Made by a program: the position numbers and the translations under genes. From assembly GCA_028718945.1 (NCBI GenBank), contig JAQUKT010000002.1, forward strand, positions 7,874-71,873: a stretch of DNA of 64,000 bases, in the 5' to 3' direction. Below the pieces are notes generated by a model that saw only the letters and a program-made list of their open reading frames with translations, made no database searches and was not told where the DNA came from. Below, in pieces: positions 19,189 to 27,908 of this stretch (the stretch's first letter is position 1; each line of letters opens with the position of its first letter). Source of the stretch: Actinomycetota bacterium. GTDB lineage: Bacteria > Actinomycetota > Geothermincolia > Fen-727 > JAQUKT01.

Positions 19189-19696
19189 GGTAACGCCGGT
19201 TGGCGTCGCCGAAATAAGGGCTTCGAAGAATTCGGAGATACTTGCAAGCTACGGGCTTGGCTCCTGTGTTGCAGTGGCTATTTTCGATCCCATGAAGAAG
19301 GTGGGGGGCCTTGTGCATGCCCTGCTCCCCGAAAGCCGCGGGAGAGATTCCGGTGAAAATCCAGGGAAGTTTGCTGACACCGGAGTTGCAAGCCTCGTGG
19401 AAAAGCTTATTGAATTGGGGGCGAGGCGCCGCTTCCTTAGAAGCAAGATAGTGGGAGGAGCCTGCATGTTTGAGATGCCTTCGGGTGCATGGAGCTCGAG
19501 TGGAAAGGATGGAAGAAGTTTCCTGTCCGATATCGGTAGAAGGAATGTCGAGGCGGCGAAGCAAAAGCTTGAAGAATTGAAGATACCCCTTGTGGCGGAA
19601 GATACTGGGGGGAACTACGGAAGGACCGTGAAGCTCAATACTGAAACGGGAGATATTGAAGTGAATTCGCTCTTTCATGGGAGCACTCATATTTGA
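19151..19696 (+). CDS. cheD: chemoreceptor glutamine deamidase CheD (start may be TTG at 19178)
   Basis: CheD signature 'LASYGLGSCVAVAIFDP...GGLVHALLP'. Paired with cheC as in Bacillus/Thermotoga-type systems. Confidence 0.8.
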   Translation: MLFLNVLECRLSEVTPVGVAEIRASKNSEILASYGLGSCVAVAIFDPMKKVGGLVHALLPESRGRDSGENPGKFADTGVASLVEKLIELGARRRFLRSKIVGGACMFEMPSGAWSSSGKDGRSFLSDIGRRNVEAAKQKLEELKIPLVAEDTGGNYGRTVKLNTETGDIEVNSLFHGSTHI

Positions 19697-19735
19697 AGAA
19701 ATCCTGGTTGGGGCTTGAGCTTCTTGGACGGATTT

Positions 19736-21232
19736 TCATAGTTTGAACCGCTTGACCATCCCTTTCAAATCGCTTGCCATTTTTGATAACTTTCTCGCGG
19801 CAGAGGCAATTTCCCTTGACGCCAAGCGCTGCTCCTGACTCGCGGTTGCTATCTGGGCTGCTTTACTTGAGCAAATGTCGATGAGCATCTCTTCCTTTGA
19901 TAGAAGTTCTCTCTGTTCGGCGTAGGGGGATGTTTCGAGGAGCTCGGGCGGAATCTTACTCAGACGCTCTTTCAGCCCAGAAATTTCCCTTTCTTGTTCC
20001 TCGATGTTTCTAATGAGCACGAGTAATGAATCAACGACTTCCTCGGTTTCCTTAAGGAGGTCTCTTGTGGCGGATATTTGCTCTTCGGCAAGGGCGGATA
20101 TTTCCTCGCAGGCATATGAAGTCTCTGAGAGAGCCACGCGGAGGAAATCCCTCATCCTTAGCATGGAGGCGGCAAGTGTTCCTATCTGGTCGTGGGTTCT
20201 TATCTTCACCTCAGGCGTGAGGTCGCCAGAGCCAAGTGCTTCAGCGACCAAGGCGAGTTCTTTGATGGGGGTAGTGATGCTCCTCCCAAGGAAGATGGAA
20301 GTTATTGTTGCGACCACTAATATCACAAGCGTAAGGAAGATCAAAATGGAAAGAATTTTTCTGGGCGCGGCATACGCCTCGCCTTCCGGGACTGCTACCC
20401 CAACTCCCCAGTCGGCTTCGGATATTGAGGCTGATGGTTTTGATATGGGCGTATGTGAGACAAGATAAGTTTTTCCCTTGAGACGAATTGTATCCTTTCC
20501 CGGACGGCCACTCGATATACGCTGGGCGAGTTCAGTAAGTTTGCTTTTCTCTTCTCTCGAAAGGGACATTCGAGCTCTACCGAGATATCCTGCTATGAAT
20601 ACGCTATCGCTTGCGATGAGAAACGCGTGCCCGGAGTCAGAGATCCTGACTCCCTCGATGGCTTTCGTTATGTCATCCACTGTTGTGAAGGCAATCACGT
20701 ATGCGAAAATCTGACCCCTTGAATCTCTTACTGGAGTTGACGCTGTGATTACAGGGTGCTTGAAGGAGAGGCTTAGGAGTTCGCTTTCTGCGCTTATATA
20801 TGTGAAGGTTACGTGCGCGGTCTGGGCGAGACTGAACCATTCCGTGCCGCTTATATTACCGATGGCACCAAGGTTTCCACTTCCGCATATAACCTTGCCG
20901 GCGGTGTCGGCAATGAGTAAGCCTTCGCCGATTGTCCAGTCGGAAATAAATAGCTCGAGGGTAGATTTCTTGGACTCGATACTGGCGTCGGGGTCTCTCA
21001 GGATGGGAAAACTTGAAAGGAGTTTCATTCTTGAAACCCTCCGCTCGAGAGCAACCTCGACGAGGTTCCGGGTCATTTCGGCTGATTCAACCATTGTCTC
21101 GTCGATGTTGCTGCGGACGACATGGTCTATTAGCAGGTATGAGATGGTTGAAGAGACCACAAGTGAGAGGAGCGCCAATCCAGTCATGAAAACGATTATT
21201 CTTGCACGAAGGTCTTTCCCAAAGATTCTCAT
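19736..21232 (-). CDS. Cache-domain / HAMP sensor with short MCP-like C-terminal coiled coil (no canonical MCP signalling hairpin)
   Basis: 498 aa. N-terminal TM, a periplasmic Cache-like region, a second TM and a HAMP domain. The C-terminal tail is only about 150 aa and has methylation-region-like 'EEISALAEEQISATRDLL', but the '[13 protein letters not shown]' motif is absent. Confidence 0.6.
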   Translation of the reverse strand: MRIFGKDLRARIIVFMTGLALLSLVVSSTISYLLIDHVVRSNIDETMVESAEMTRNLVEVALERRVSRMKLLSSFPILRDPDASIESKKSTLELFISDWTIGEGLLIADTAGKVICGSGNLGAIGNISGTEWFSLAQTAHVTFTYISAESELLSLSFKHPVITASTPVRDSRGQIFAYVIAFTTVDDITKAIEGVRISDSGHAFLIASDSVFIAGYLGRARMSLSREEKSKLTELAQRISSGRPGKDTIRLKGKTYLVSHTPISKPSASISEADWGVGVAVPEGEAYAAPRKILSILIFLTLVILVVATITSIFLGRSITTPIKELALVAEALGSGDLTPEVKIRTHDQIGTLAASMLRMRDFLRVALSETSYACEEISALAEEQISATRDLLKETEEVVDSLLVLIRNIEEQEREISGLKERLSKIPPELLETSPYAEQRELLSKEEMLIDICSSKAAQIATASQEQRLASREIASAARKLSKMASDLKGMVKRFKL

Positions 21233-21254
21233 TTTACGGACACCTTTTCAAGGT

Positions 21255-22352
21255 TCACTCCTCTGCACTGGATTTCACACCCGAGAAGTACTTCTCGGTT
21301 GCCCTCAGAATTGCCGTGGCTATCCTCAAGATGAACCCTTCTTCTTCTGCTATTTTCTCGTCAACTGGATTTGTGATGAAGATGGGTTCGGTTACTACAA
21401 CCGGCATCTTTGTTTCTCTAAGGAGAATGAAGGCGGCTCCGTTTGCTTTTAGATCCGGAGCTTGGAGTTCACTTGTGAGCTCGCTCTGAAGATGGTGGGC
21501 AAGCCTGAACCCATACGGCGAGCGGTAACCGCCCCTTGCATAATAACTGGAGGAGACACCACGCACAACCGGGTCGGCTGACTCGTTCGCGTGTATGCTC
21601 AGAACAAGATCTACACTCATTTCATTTGCTCTTGAGGCGCGTTCAGACTCGCTCGGGCACTCTCCCCGCCTTCTCGAATATGTGACGAGGGCGCCGCCCT
21701 TGATCAGGAGCTGTCCTAAATGCTCGGATATTCTTTCGGCAAGGTCGCTTTCACACATTCCTGAATGGCCAACCTTTCCGGGATCTACCGGAGAGCCATG
21801 TCCAGGGTCTATCATGATTTTCCTCCCTTTCATGCCACATTCTGGCAGGCCTCTTTCGGACTCGCGGACGTAGGCAATTCCTTCGTGTCTTGTTATTCTG
21901 GAAAGACGGAGAAGAGCCTCAATTGTTTTTGGGCCGGCAATCCCATCGGGGTGGAGACCGGAGTTCCTCTGAAATTGCTCAACTGCTGACGCCGCCTGCT
22001 CATCAAATATCCCGTCTTCCTTTCCGCTGTAGAAGCCGAGTGCATTAAGCCTGCGCTGTAGCTCGGCAACGTCATCGCCCCTGAAACGGGGCTCTTTGAG
22101 GTAGAGAAACCGACAACCGAGAGTGTATCCAGCTTCCACAAGAGAGTGCCATGTGTCTGGACCAACTATGCCGTCAACCCTCAAGCCTCTGCTTTCCTGG
22201 AATTCCCGGATTGCCCTTTCCGTCTCGCTGCCGAAGAATGAATCGGCAAGTTCAGAAGACTTGGCCGAGAGAAACCCCAGAGAAACAAGCCTTGATTGGA
22301 TATCTAAAGCTTCGCGACCACTTGACCCTTTCTTGAAGAGAACCAAGATCAA
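21255..22352 (-). CDS. N-acetylmuramoyl-L-alanine amidase (Amidase_3) with two N-terminal peptidoglycan-binding domains
   Basis: 365 aa. Two PG_binding_1 repeats ('AIREFQESRGLRVDGIVGPDTW', 'AVEQFQRNSGLHPDGIAGPKT') followed by an Amidase_3 domain ('IMIDPGHGSPVDPG...'). Confidence 0.85.
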   Translation of the reverse strand: MILVLFKKGSSGREALDIQSRLVSLGFLSAKSSELADSFFGSETERAIREFQESRGLRVDGIVGPDTWHSLVEAGYTLGCRFLYLKEPRFRGDDVAELQRRLNALGFYSGKEDGIFDEQAASAVEQFQRNSGLHPDGIAGPKTIEALLRLSRITRHEGIAYVRESERGLPECGMKGRKIMIDPGHGSPVDPGKVGHSGMCESDLAERISEHLGQLLIKGGALVTYSRRRGECPSESERASRANEMSVDLVLSIHANESADPVVRGVSSSYYARGGYRSPYGFRLAHHLQSELTSELQAPDLKANGAAFILLRETKMPVVVTEPIFITNPVDEKIAEEEGFILRIATAILRATEKYFSGVKSSAEE

Positions 22353-22504
22353 CCCCTCATTTGAGTGAAATCAGAAGGATTCCCTGACAATTATGCAACT
22401 TTAGATTAACATTTCATGCTTGAATGTTGTAATTATATTAGCGAGAGATTTTGAGGTAAACCGTTTTAGGATTTTGGGTAAATTAGTTTGTGTCGATTTG
22501 GGCT

Positions 22505-22534
22505 TTGACTTCAGGTGCCTTGTCTTCTTATACT
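22505..22534 (+). promoter_or_regulatory. promoter for SRP RNA (TTGACT-18-TATACT)
   Basis: TTGACT at 22505-22510, 18-nt spacer, TATACT at 22529-22534, about 10 nt upstream of the predicted SRP RNA 5' end. Confidence 0.5.
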
Positions 22535-22544
22535 AAGAAACAAG

Positions 22545-22822
22545 AGTGACTGTGCTAGGTGGGGAGCTAGCGGTGCCCTGTACCCGCAATCCGCTATAGC
22601 GGGACCGAATTCCCGCCCGAGGCTGGAAGGAACCGGTACCCATGCTCCGGAAAGCGGTGATGAAGACCGGGTCCCACGCAACGGAAATTTGCGAACCCCG
22701 TCAGGTCCGGGAGGAAGCAGCGGTAAGCAAAATAATTCTGTGTGCCGTGGATAAACGTGGTTGGAGCTGGCTTCCGGGTCATAGTCCTGTTCCAAAGGTC
22801 GGAGGTGGGTGCACGGTCACTT
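22545..22822 (+). ncRNA. ffs: signal recognition particle RNA, long Bacillus-type (with Alu domain)
   Basis: Domain IV motif 'GUCAGGUCCGGGAGGAAGCAGCGGUAAG' at about 22699-22727. The 5' region 'GUGCUAGGUGGGGAGCUAGCGGUGCCCUGUACCCGCAAUCCGCUAUAGCGGG' closely matches the B. subtilis scRNA Alu domain. A terminal helix pairs 22546-22555 (GUGACUGUGC) with 22811-22820 (GCACGGUCAC). Conserved ffs-dnaX-ybaB-recR synteny. Confidence 0.8.
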
Positions 22823-22854
22823 TGCTGTGGTATGCTTTGATACGGTGAATTGTC

Positions 22855-24759
22855 ATGGAGCATATTTCTCTTTATCGAAAATGGAGACCAAAGGATTTTT
22901 CTGAACTGGTTGGTCAGAAGCACATCACGAATACTCTTGCGAGTGCTCTCGAGAGTAGAAAGATTGTTCACGCCTACCTTTTTGCCGGTCCCAGGGGTAC
23001 TGGCAAAACAAGCACCGCGAGAATTCTTGCTAAGGCGATAAACTGCTACGAGGGTCCCACCGCAACGCCATGCAACAAATGCGATGCGTGCGTCTCGATA
23101 TCGGAAGGGACGGCACTTGACGTTATTGAGATTGACGCTGCAAGCAACAGAAAAATCGATGAAATAAGGGGACTCCTCGAAAAGATACCATTTTCTCCAA
23201 CTGCGCTCAGATCAAAGGTGTATATCATCGATGAGGTGCATCAGCTCACCGCGGAGGCTTCCAGTGCTCTATTGAAAACTCTCGAAGAACCTCCGGCTCA
23301 TGTGATTTTTGTCCTTGCGACAACAGAACCGCAAAAATTACTTCCGACAATTGTTTCGAGGTGCCAGAGGTATGATTTCAAGCTCGTGCCGGCAAGGGAA
23401 ATTGATAAGGTCCTCAGGTCCATTTCAAGGAGCGAGGGAATTGAAATCGAGGATGAGGCTGTCACGGTTATTGCCGAGCATGCCCGAGGTTCCGTAAGAG
23501 ATGCAATAGGGGTGATCGACCAGGTTTCGGGTTTTCAAAGAGAGCGAATAACTTCAGCACAGATTGCTGAACTTCTTGGTGCGGTTGAATCGGGCGTCCT
23601 CTTCAAAATGATCGACCTGATTGTCGAAAGAGACACGCCCGGTGTCCTTGCTCTAATTGGGGAAGTTGTCGAGTCCGGCAGGGATCCAAGCAGGTTCGCT
23701 GAATCATTGATTTCTCATCTGAGATCTTTGTTTCTTGTGCAGAATGCTTACAATCCGAGGGAGATTGTAAGCGCAACCGATGAGCATTTTGAGAGGCTTG
23801 CCGAGCAGGCGAGCAGGCTGAAAACCTATGAGGTCTTGAGGTTGATAGAGAGATTTGGCGAAGCTTCGAGGGAAATGCGCTCAAGCGAGTATCCGAGGCT
23901 AATTCTCGAATGTGCCGCAGTCAAGGCAGTTAGAGTTGATGCTGATGTGACGCTTGAAGGGTTGATTTACAGAATAGATGAACTTGAAAGAAGAATAACT
24001 CCTCTGTTGAAAGGTGGTGGGTCACCACGAGCGGGAACCGAAGAGATTTCGGGGGAACCGGCAGGACGAAAAGGGAGAGAGAAAGAGAATGCCCGCGGTT
24101 TGCTGGCCGGGACTCCTGTCGGTGGCGAACCGGGCTCCGGAGATTTGGGGGAAAGAGAGTCTCAAGAGAAGGCGGAGGTTAGGAGGAAACCAGGGGGGCC
24201 TCGAGAGAAGGGTCGCGAGGTTGGTAGTGTTTCAGAGGGTGAGACCGCGGGAGATTATTCGATTGAAGCGTCGATATCAGGCGACGAGCTAACAAGAGAC
24301 GAGGCAAGGAGAGCATGGTCAGCGGTGCTTGCGGAGCTAAAAAGGGCGGGGAAGATAAGGCTTTATGCTTTGCTTGCAAGGGCAAGGGTCGAGGATGTGA
24401 ACGCAGGGAAGGTTTTGATTGTTTTCAGTCAAGGGGCTTCCTTCAATCTTGAAGTCCTGAAAGACTCGCTTGAAGTTTCAGAGGTGGAGAAGATTTTTTC
24501 AAAGGTCATAGGGCGGAAGGTGAGTATAGAACTCAACACCCGAGGAGGTTCCAAGAAAGCAGGAAGAGGCCTCATGAAGGACGCTCCTTTCGTGAGGAGG
24601 GGCGATTCGGGAGGAGCGCCTGATGATTCGGGGGGGGAGCAGAAACCCGAATCACAATTAAATGAAGTTGAGGGAAAGCAGGAACCAAAGGGCTTGGATG
24701 CAGGGGGGATTGTGAATTATATCGAAAAAACATTTGACGGGAGTACGTTGGAGGAATAA
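22855..24759 (+). CDS. dnaX: DNA polymerase III subunits gamma/tau
   Basis: 634 aa. AAA+ 'GPRGTGKTSTARILAKAINC', a Zn-binding Cys cluster, and a low-complexity tau C-terminal region. Confidence 0.9.
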   Translation: MEHISLYRKWRPKDFSELVGQKHITNTLASALESRKIVHAYLFAGPRGTGKTSTARILAKAINCYEGPTATPCNKCDACVSISEGTALDVIEIDAASNRKIDEIRGLLEKIPFSPTALRSKVYIIDEVHQLTAEASSALLKTLEEPPAHVIFVLATTEPQKLLPTIVSRCQRYDFKLVPAREIDKVLRSISRSEGIEIEDEAVTVIAEHARGSVRDAIGVIDQVSGFQRERITSAQIAELLGAVESGVLFKMIDLIVERDTPGVLALIGEVVESGRDPSRFAESLISHLRSLFLVQNAYNPREIVSATDEHFERLAEQASRLKTYEVLRLIERFGEASREMRSSEYPRLILECAAVKAVRVDADVTLEGLIYRIDELERRITPLLKGGGSPRAGTEEISGEPAGRKGREKENARGLLAGTPVGGEPGSGDLGERESQEKAEVRRKPGGPREKGREVGSVSEGETAGDYSIEASISGDELTRDEARRAWSAVLAELKRAGKIRLYALLARARVEDVNAGKVLIVFSQGASFNLEVLKDSLEVSEVEKIFSKVIGRKVSIELNTRGGSKKAGRGLMKDAPFVRRGDSGGAPDDSGGEQKPESQLNEVEGKQEPKGLDAGGIVNYIEKTFDGSTLEE

Positions 24760-24782
24760 GGAAGCAAGAAGGAGAGTCTGAC

Positions 24783-25133
24783 TTGTCGAAAGGAAGATAT
24801 TACCCGAAGGGGGCTAAGCCACAGAAGCAGGGGTCGGCGGAAATCTTGAGGAAGTTAGGCGAGGAAATTGAAAAGGCGCGCGAAAGCTTGAGCGAGATGA
24901 CGGTTGAGCACTCTGCGGGAGGGGGGGCTGTTGTAGCGGTTGTTGACGGCACACAAAAAATAAGGAGCATAAGAATATCGCCGGAAGCGATTGACCCGGA
25001 CGATACTGGGCTCTTGGAAGATATGATAATTGCGGCTGTAAATGGAGCGATCGAGGAGTCGAAGGAAACCGCTGAAGAGACAATGAGCAAGCTTACTGGA
25101 GGACTTGGCCTTCCGGGGGTTCCCGGCTCTTAG
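24783..25133 (+). CDS. ybaB: nucleoid-associated protein YbaB/EbfC
   Basis: 116 aa with YbaB family motifs ('TVEHSAGGGAVVAVVDGTQKIRSIRISPEAIDPDD...LEDMIIAAVNGA'). Between dnaX and recR. Confidence 0.85.
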   Translation: MSKGRYYPKGAKPQKQGSAEILRKLGEEIEKARESLSEMTVEHSAGGGAVVAVVDGTQKIRSIRISPEAIDPDDTGLLEDMIIAAVNGAIEESKETAEETMSKLTGGLGLPGVPGS

Positions 25134-25253
25134 TTGGATGCGCCTTCAAGCAAAGCAGTTGAGAGGCTGAGGCTTCTTTTTTGAAAGGATAGAGAGGCGG
25201 AATTTGCCTGGGCTTGCCCGCAAAGGTGGGGTTATCTGGCAGAATGGAGGGCT

Positions 25254-25859
25254 TTGAAAGTCATGGGTGTTTACGCTGAACCACTCGAGCGCGTCATCGA
25301 GGAGCTTTCAAAACTACCGGGCATCGGTCCTAAGTCGGCGCAGCGGATTGCGTTCTTTCTGATGAACCGCCCGGAAGAAGATGTAGCTGCACTTGCAAGG
25401 GCAATTTTTGAACTTAAGGCGAAAATAAGGTTTTGTTCCGAATGCTATAACATATCTGATGGGGAGAAGTGCTCCATCTGTATGGACGAGAAGCGGGACC
25501 CATCGCTTATCTGCGTTGTAGAGGAGCCGCGCGATGTGGTTGCAATAGAGCGCACCGGTAACTTTCGGGGAAGGTACCATGTTTTAGGGGGTGCGCTTTC
25601 TCCCATTGATGGGATTGGTCCCGAGGAGCTCAGGGTTTCGGAACTTGTTGAGCGTGTTTCAACAGGGGTTACCGAGGTAATAATTGCGACAAATCCTAAT
25701 TCAGAAGGAGATGCAACTGCTCTTTATTTGGCAAAAGTCCTGAAGCCCCTTGGAATCAGTATTTCGCGCATTGCGAGTGGTCTTCCTGTCGGCGGAGACA
25801 TCGAATACGCTGATGAAGTTACCTTGGGGAGGGCGCTCGGGGGGCGCGTTACTCTTTAG
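25254..25859 (+). CDS. recR: recombination protein RecR
   Basis: 201 aa with HhH ('LPGIGPKSAQRIAFFL'), a C4 zinc finger ('CSECYNISDGEKCSIC') and a Toprim domain. Confidence 0.9.
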   Translation: MKVMGVYAEPLERVIEELSKLPGIGPKSAQRIAFFLMNRPEEDVAALARAIFELKAKIRFCSECYNISDGEKCSICMDEKRDPSLICVVEEPRDVVAIERTGNFRGRYHVLGGALSPIDGIGPEELRVSELVERVSTGVTEVIIATNPNSEGDATALYLAKVLKPLGISISRIASGLPVGGDIEYADEVTLGRALGGRVTL

Positions 25860-25867
25860 ACCAGATC

Positions 25868-27064
25868 CTATTCGTATCTGAGTGCCTCAATGGGGTCGAG
25901 CAGGGAGGCTTTGCGCGCTGGATAAACCCCAAAGAAGATTCCAACCATCATTGAGAATACGAACGCGAGAAGTATTATCCAGATAGTAACCTGCGCCTTT
26001 ATATGAAAAATAGCTTCGTAAATGCTGGCTCCGGCAGATGAAAGAGCAACCCCGATTGCTCCGCCAATGAGGCTCAATATGATTGACTCGATCAAAAACT
26101 GGAGCATGATGTCACGCGTTTTTGCGCCAACCGCTTTTCTAATTCCAATCTCGCGGGTCCTCTCGGTTACGGATACAAGCATTATATTCATTATTCCGAT
26201 ACCTCCCACTAAGAGGGATATACCGCCGAGACCGCCCAAGAGATATGTCATTATTCTGGTGGCGTCGCTTGCTATTGACAGGATGTCTTTTTGGGTTATC
26301 ACCGAGACTTCATCGCTTGAGAACTCCTTTGAGAGCGTTTTTTTGATTTCCGCAACCTCTTTTTCTACGGACTCTTGTGATTTTGCCTCAACCATGATCG
26401 TGTCGGGGTTAGGTTTTCCGTACATGCGGATGCAGGTTGTTATTGGAATCCATGCGAACGAGTCAAGGTCTATCATGCCCATCGTGGTGCCCATTGATTT
26501 ATGGATTCCCACTATTTTGAATCTTCGGCCCTTGATTTCTATGTATCTTCCAACTGGGTCTTCGTCCCCGAAAAGGGATTTTGCGGCACTCGGACCCAAT
26601 ACCACCACGGTTTTTGCGGAGTTTACTTCTGCCTGGGAGAAAAATCTACCCGACTGTGGCTTGAGCTTTCTGACGTCAAACTGTTTTTCTGTGGTGGCAT
26701 TGATTAGCATGAACTTTTTTCGACCGCGATGAATTATGTAGGATTGGCGCTGAATTATCGGACTGACTCTTTTCGGGTCTCCTATCGCTTTGGCTATTTC
26801 GTCCACCGTCTTCAGCGTGAGTTTGTTCGCGGTAGTGGTGGGGGAGCCCATCTGCATAAGGGATTCCGGCGTCATGGCTCCCGTCAGATTAATCTTGAAG
26901 GGGACAACCATTATCAGGTTTGAGCCCAATCCCTGTAGTGCCTGTGTAATCTCCGCTCTTGCTCCGGAGCCGAGAGCAACAAGAAGAATCACAGAGCTTA
27001 CTCCGATTATGACACCGAGCATTGTCAGGGCAGAGCGCATCTTGTTTGCCCTCAGTGAATTCAA
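25868..27064 (-). CDS. ABC transporter permease, MacB/FtsX family
   Basis: 398 aa. N-terminal TM, a large periplasmic domain and a C-terminal FtsX-like 4-TM region. Directly downstream of a MacB-type ATPase. Confidence 0.85.
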   Translation of the reverse strand: MNSLRANKMRSALTMLGVIIGVSSVILLVALGSGARAEITQALQGLGSNLIMVVPFKINLTGAMTPESLMQMGSPTTTANKLTLKTVDEIAKAIGDPKRVSPIIQRQSYIIHRGRKKFMLINATTEKQFDVRKLKPQSGRFFSQAEVNSAKTVVVLGPSAAKSLFGDEDPVGRYIEIKGRRFKIVGIHKSMGTTMGMIDLDSFAWIPITTCIRMYGKPNPDTIMVEAKSQESVEKEVAEIKKTLSKEFSSDEVSVITQKDILSIASDATRIMTYLLGGLGGISLLVGGIGIMNIMLVSVTERTREIGIRKAVGAKTRDIMLQFLIESIILSLIGGAIGVALSSAGASIYEAIFHIKAQVTIWIILLAFVFSMMVGIFFGVYPARKASLLDPIEALRYE

Positions 27065-27080
27065 TGCTGTAAGGATGCTT

Positions 27081-27860
27081 TCAAGTAACTTGATTTCGAA
27101 TCGCCCCTTGCTTTTCTTCCTGCACTTCCTTGAGGCGCCTCAAGTTTGAGACTGCCTCGGCTGCTTTCTGTTTCTCGCGAACCGTTTCTTCATCGACGAT
27201 TCTTCCATCCCGTATATGAATTATGCGGTCGCCGTGCTCAGCAACTTCTTTTTCGTGAGTAACCATCACAATTGTGATTCCGCGAGAATTCAAATCCTGT
27301 AAGATAGAGAGGACCTCAGCCCCCGAAAGAGAATCGAGGTTCCCGGTTGGCTCGTCCGCCATTATGATTGGCGGATTCATAATGAGCGCTCTTGCTATTG
27401 CGACACGTTGTTGCTCCCCTCCGGACAGCTGGGATGGATAATGCTTTATGCGATGCGAGAGCCCAACCTGCTCAAGGGCGCTGACCGCCTGCTTTTTTCT
27501 CTCGGATGCTGGCACGCCTCCATAAAGAAGTGGAAGTTCGACGTTGTTCTCCGCGGTCGTCCTCGAAAGAAGGTTGAACTGCTGGAAAACAAAACCTATT
27601 TTCCTGTTGCGCATTTCAGCCAGTCTTGAAACGCTTGCTTTGCTTATGTCCTCGCCATCTATGTAGAGAGACCCGCTTGTTGGATGGTCGAGACACCCGA
27701 GGATGTGCATGAGGGTCGATTTGCCAGAGCCGGATGCTCCCATTATTACTAAGAATTCACCCTTGGCAACCTCAATCGAAACCCCTCTGAGGGCTTCAAC
27801 AGGCTGCTCTCCCGTTTCGTAACGCTTGACAAGGTCGTAAGCTTTAACAATCTTTTCCAT
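27081..27860 (-). CDS. ABC transporter ATP-binding protein (MacB/LolD-type)
   Basis: 259 aa with Walker A 'GASGSGKST', signature 'LSGGEQQRVAIARAL' and Walker B 'IIMADEPTGNLD'. Confidence 0.9.
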   Translation of the reverse strand: MEKIVKAYDLVKRYETGEQPVEALRGVSIEVAKGEFLVIMGASGSGKSTLMHILGCLDHPTSGSLYIDGEDISKASVSRLAEMRNRKIGFVFQQFNLLSRTTAENNVELPLLYGGVPASERKKQAVSALEQVGLSHRIKHYPSQLSGGEQQRVAIARALIMNPPIIMADEPTGNLDSLSGAEVLSILQDLNSRGITIVMVTHEKEVAEHGDRIIHIRDGRIVDEETVREKQKAAEAVSNLRRLKEVQEEKQGAIRNQVT

Positions 27861-27908
27861 GGTTTACAAAACTTTCTGTTTGGCTTCCGATGTGCCTAAT
27901 CCGAGAAA

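Noticed and set aside
26022-26732. 236-aa plus-strand ORF inside the ABC permease gene
   Set aside because: It is antisense to a convincing FtsX-family permease and has no features of its own.
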